Assembly (NCBI RefSeq): GCF_006345805.1
Contig: NW_021833065.1
Span: forward strand, 248,001 to 312,000
Reading direction: 5' to 3'
DNA length: 64,000 nt
Source of the DNA: Octopus sinensis
Taxonomy: Eukaryota
Below are positions 62,688 through 64,000 of the stretch, piece by piece. Made by a program: the position numbers and the translations under genes. Numbering within the stretch: position 1 is the stretch's first letter; every line of letters starts with the position of its first letter. The notes under the pieces are model-generated. The model saw nothing but the letters and a program-made list of their open reading frames with translations, did not search any database and was not told the origin of the DNA.

Positions 62688-63229
62688 GTTAGAATAATAT
62701 TTTTCAAAGATAAAAATAAAATAAAGATGACTTTAGTATAAAATTAAATCTAAGAAATTTTCTTTTTCCAACATTCAATAAATAACTTTTTAACTATTTT
62801 AATGCTCTGGTAATTGATTGACAATAGTAAAGACTAAGTAAAAAAACCTTGTACTCACACCATTGCTAAAAGCATATTGGTTATGACTACAAACTCTGGT
62901 GGGGCGGGGCAATGGGTTTAATAAAACTGGTAAGAATTTCCCTGTTTACTTACCAAAAAAATCAAAATGATAATAATCAATAAATGTTGTGGCTTTTGGG
63001 TTTTTTTAAGACACACAATTTTTTTTTCCCAGTAAACTTTTTGCATTAAATATGTTAACACTATGTTAGCTACTGTTGTTTTTTTCATACTGATGGCATC
63101 AGAATAACTTATTCTGTGAACATTCCTATTTTTCTACACCAATAAGTGCACATACTTGCCTATTTGTAACTTTTATTGGCGTAATTACATAATGATCACT
63201 AATAGATTACTTGTTTATTTTACTTCCAG

Positions 63230-63281
63230 TTGAAAATCTTGAGCATAATGACTTTATTGCTCTTCGAAATATGCTGATTCG
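63230..63281 (+). CDS. SEPT7: Septin-7 coding exon (end of SUE); gene continues beyond the window
   Basis: tttacttccag|TT gives (V)ENLEHNDFIALRNMLI+CG|gtaaga; 52 nt. Confidence 0.95.
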
Positions 63282-63934
63282 GTAAGAAAATGTTTAAAAT
63301 ATTTAAAGAAACCCAATTGAACCCTTTTGTTCTAAATCAGTTACTGGGATGTTTCTTAATTTCTGGTAGCAGTTTATTCAAAATTACGCACCAATAAAAT
63401 AAATTGGAATTGACAAAATACGATACTATACAAATCCTTGCAATTTCAAAAGAATTCTTTTTATGATTTTTATATGTAGACAGTTTGGATATTAAATGAT
63501 GATGTTCTACAGTCTATTCTTGGTGCTAACTATATACTGTTTTATGAGAAGATATTCACATCATTGTCAATACTTTTGACCCTCAAAGAGCACAAGATTT
63601 AATGTTTATAGCATTTAGCTGATATTCCATATTTCAATGGATTCCCCAAGTTATCAATTAGTGCCAAATGAAACTCACTTTATTATTTAAATTTAGTAAA
63701 AGAAGAATATTTTTATTTGGTCTTAAGTTAATTTTTTAAGCCTCTTTTTTTTTTTCTTTGATAAATTATATGCCTATTTGGCTTAAACAAATGTCTCTGT
63801 TGCTTGTACCTTACAATATGATCTTTAAAATTTATGCAATACTTCTTTGAAACTTGAGGTTTAAATTCACTGTCATGCTTCTTTGTTTTACTAAAATTGA
63901 CTTACATATTTGGTAGGTATTAGCTTGTAACTTT

Positions 63935-64000
63935 GGAGGCGCAATGGCCCAGTGGTTAGGGCAGCGGACTCGCGGTCATAGGATCACGGTTTCGATTCCC
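63935..64000 (+). mobile_element. 5' head of a young tRNA-derived SINE, cut by the window edge
   Basis: ggaggcgcaatggcccagtggttagggcagcggactcgcggtcataggatcacggtttcgattccc has a Pol III A box and B box with CpGs intact. Confidence 0.7.

Noticed and set aside
63935-64000. Possible tRNA gene
   Set aside because: It has A and B boxes but no convincing anticodon arm, it resembles SINE heads, and it is truncated by the window edge.

Overview
AT-rich eukaryotic (animal) genomic DNA. Its tRNA-derived SINEs and RTE-type LINE look like the octopus/coleoid cephalopod repertoire; this is recognition from memory, not a database result. The whole window lies inside one + strand gene, a septin of the SEPT7 (Drosophila peanut) subgroup. 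Eight coding exons splice in frame at GT-AG junctions: 11681-11939, 32418-32524, 47046-47146, 48206-48340, 48457-48574, 51190-51285, 62591-62687 and 63230-63281. They give the N-terminal extension plus the GTPase domain (G1 GESGLGKS, G3 DTPG, G4 AKAD) and the septin unique element. The first exon probably lies left of the window and the coiled-coil exons lie to the right. The introns (116 nt to 20.5 kb) are full of mobile DNA: a young 5'-truncated RTE LINE with an open RT frame, several older RTE pieces, Tc1, hAT and Helitron-like remnants, a CR1-like fragment and many SINEs. The most interesting observations are: (1) a candidate frame-preserving 30-nt microexon (KDLKGGKFFK, 53955-53984) just before the septin unique element; (2) inverted SINEs bracketing that microexon and the preceding exon; (3) a perfect 60-bp intronic hairpin; (4) a C4HC3 PHD-type finger inside the LINE RT; (5) a LINE RT fragment enclosed by about 75-90 bp inverted repeats. 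There is no CRISPR array, rRNA or genuine tRNA gene. Repeat boundaries were read by eye and are approximate.
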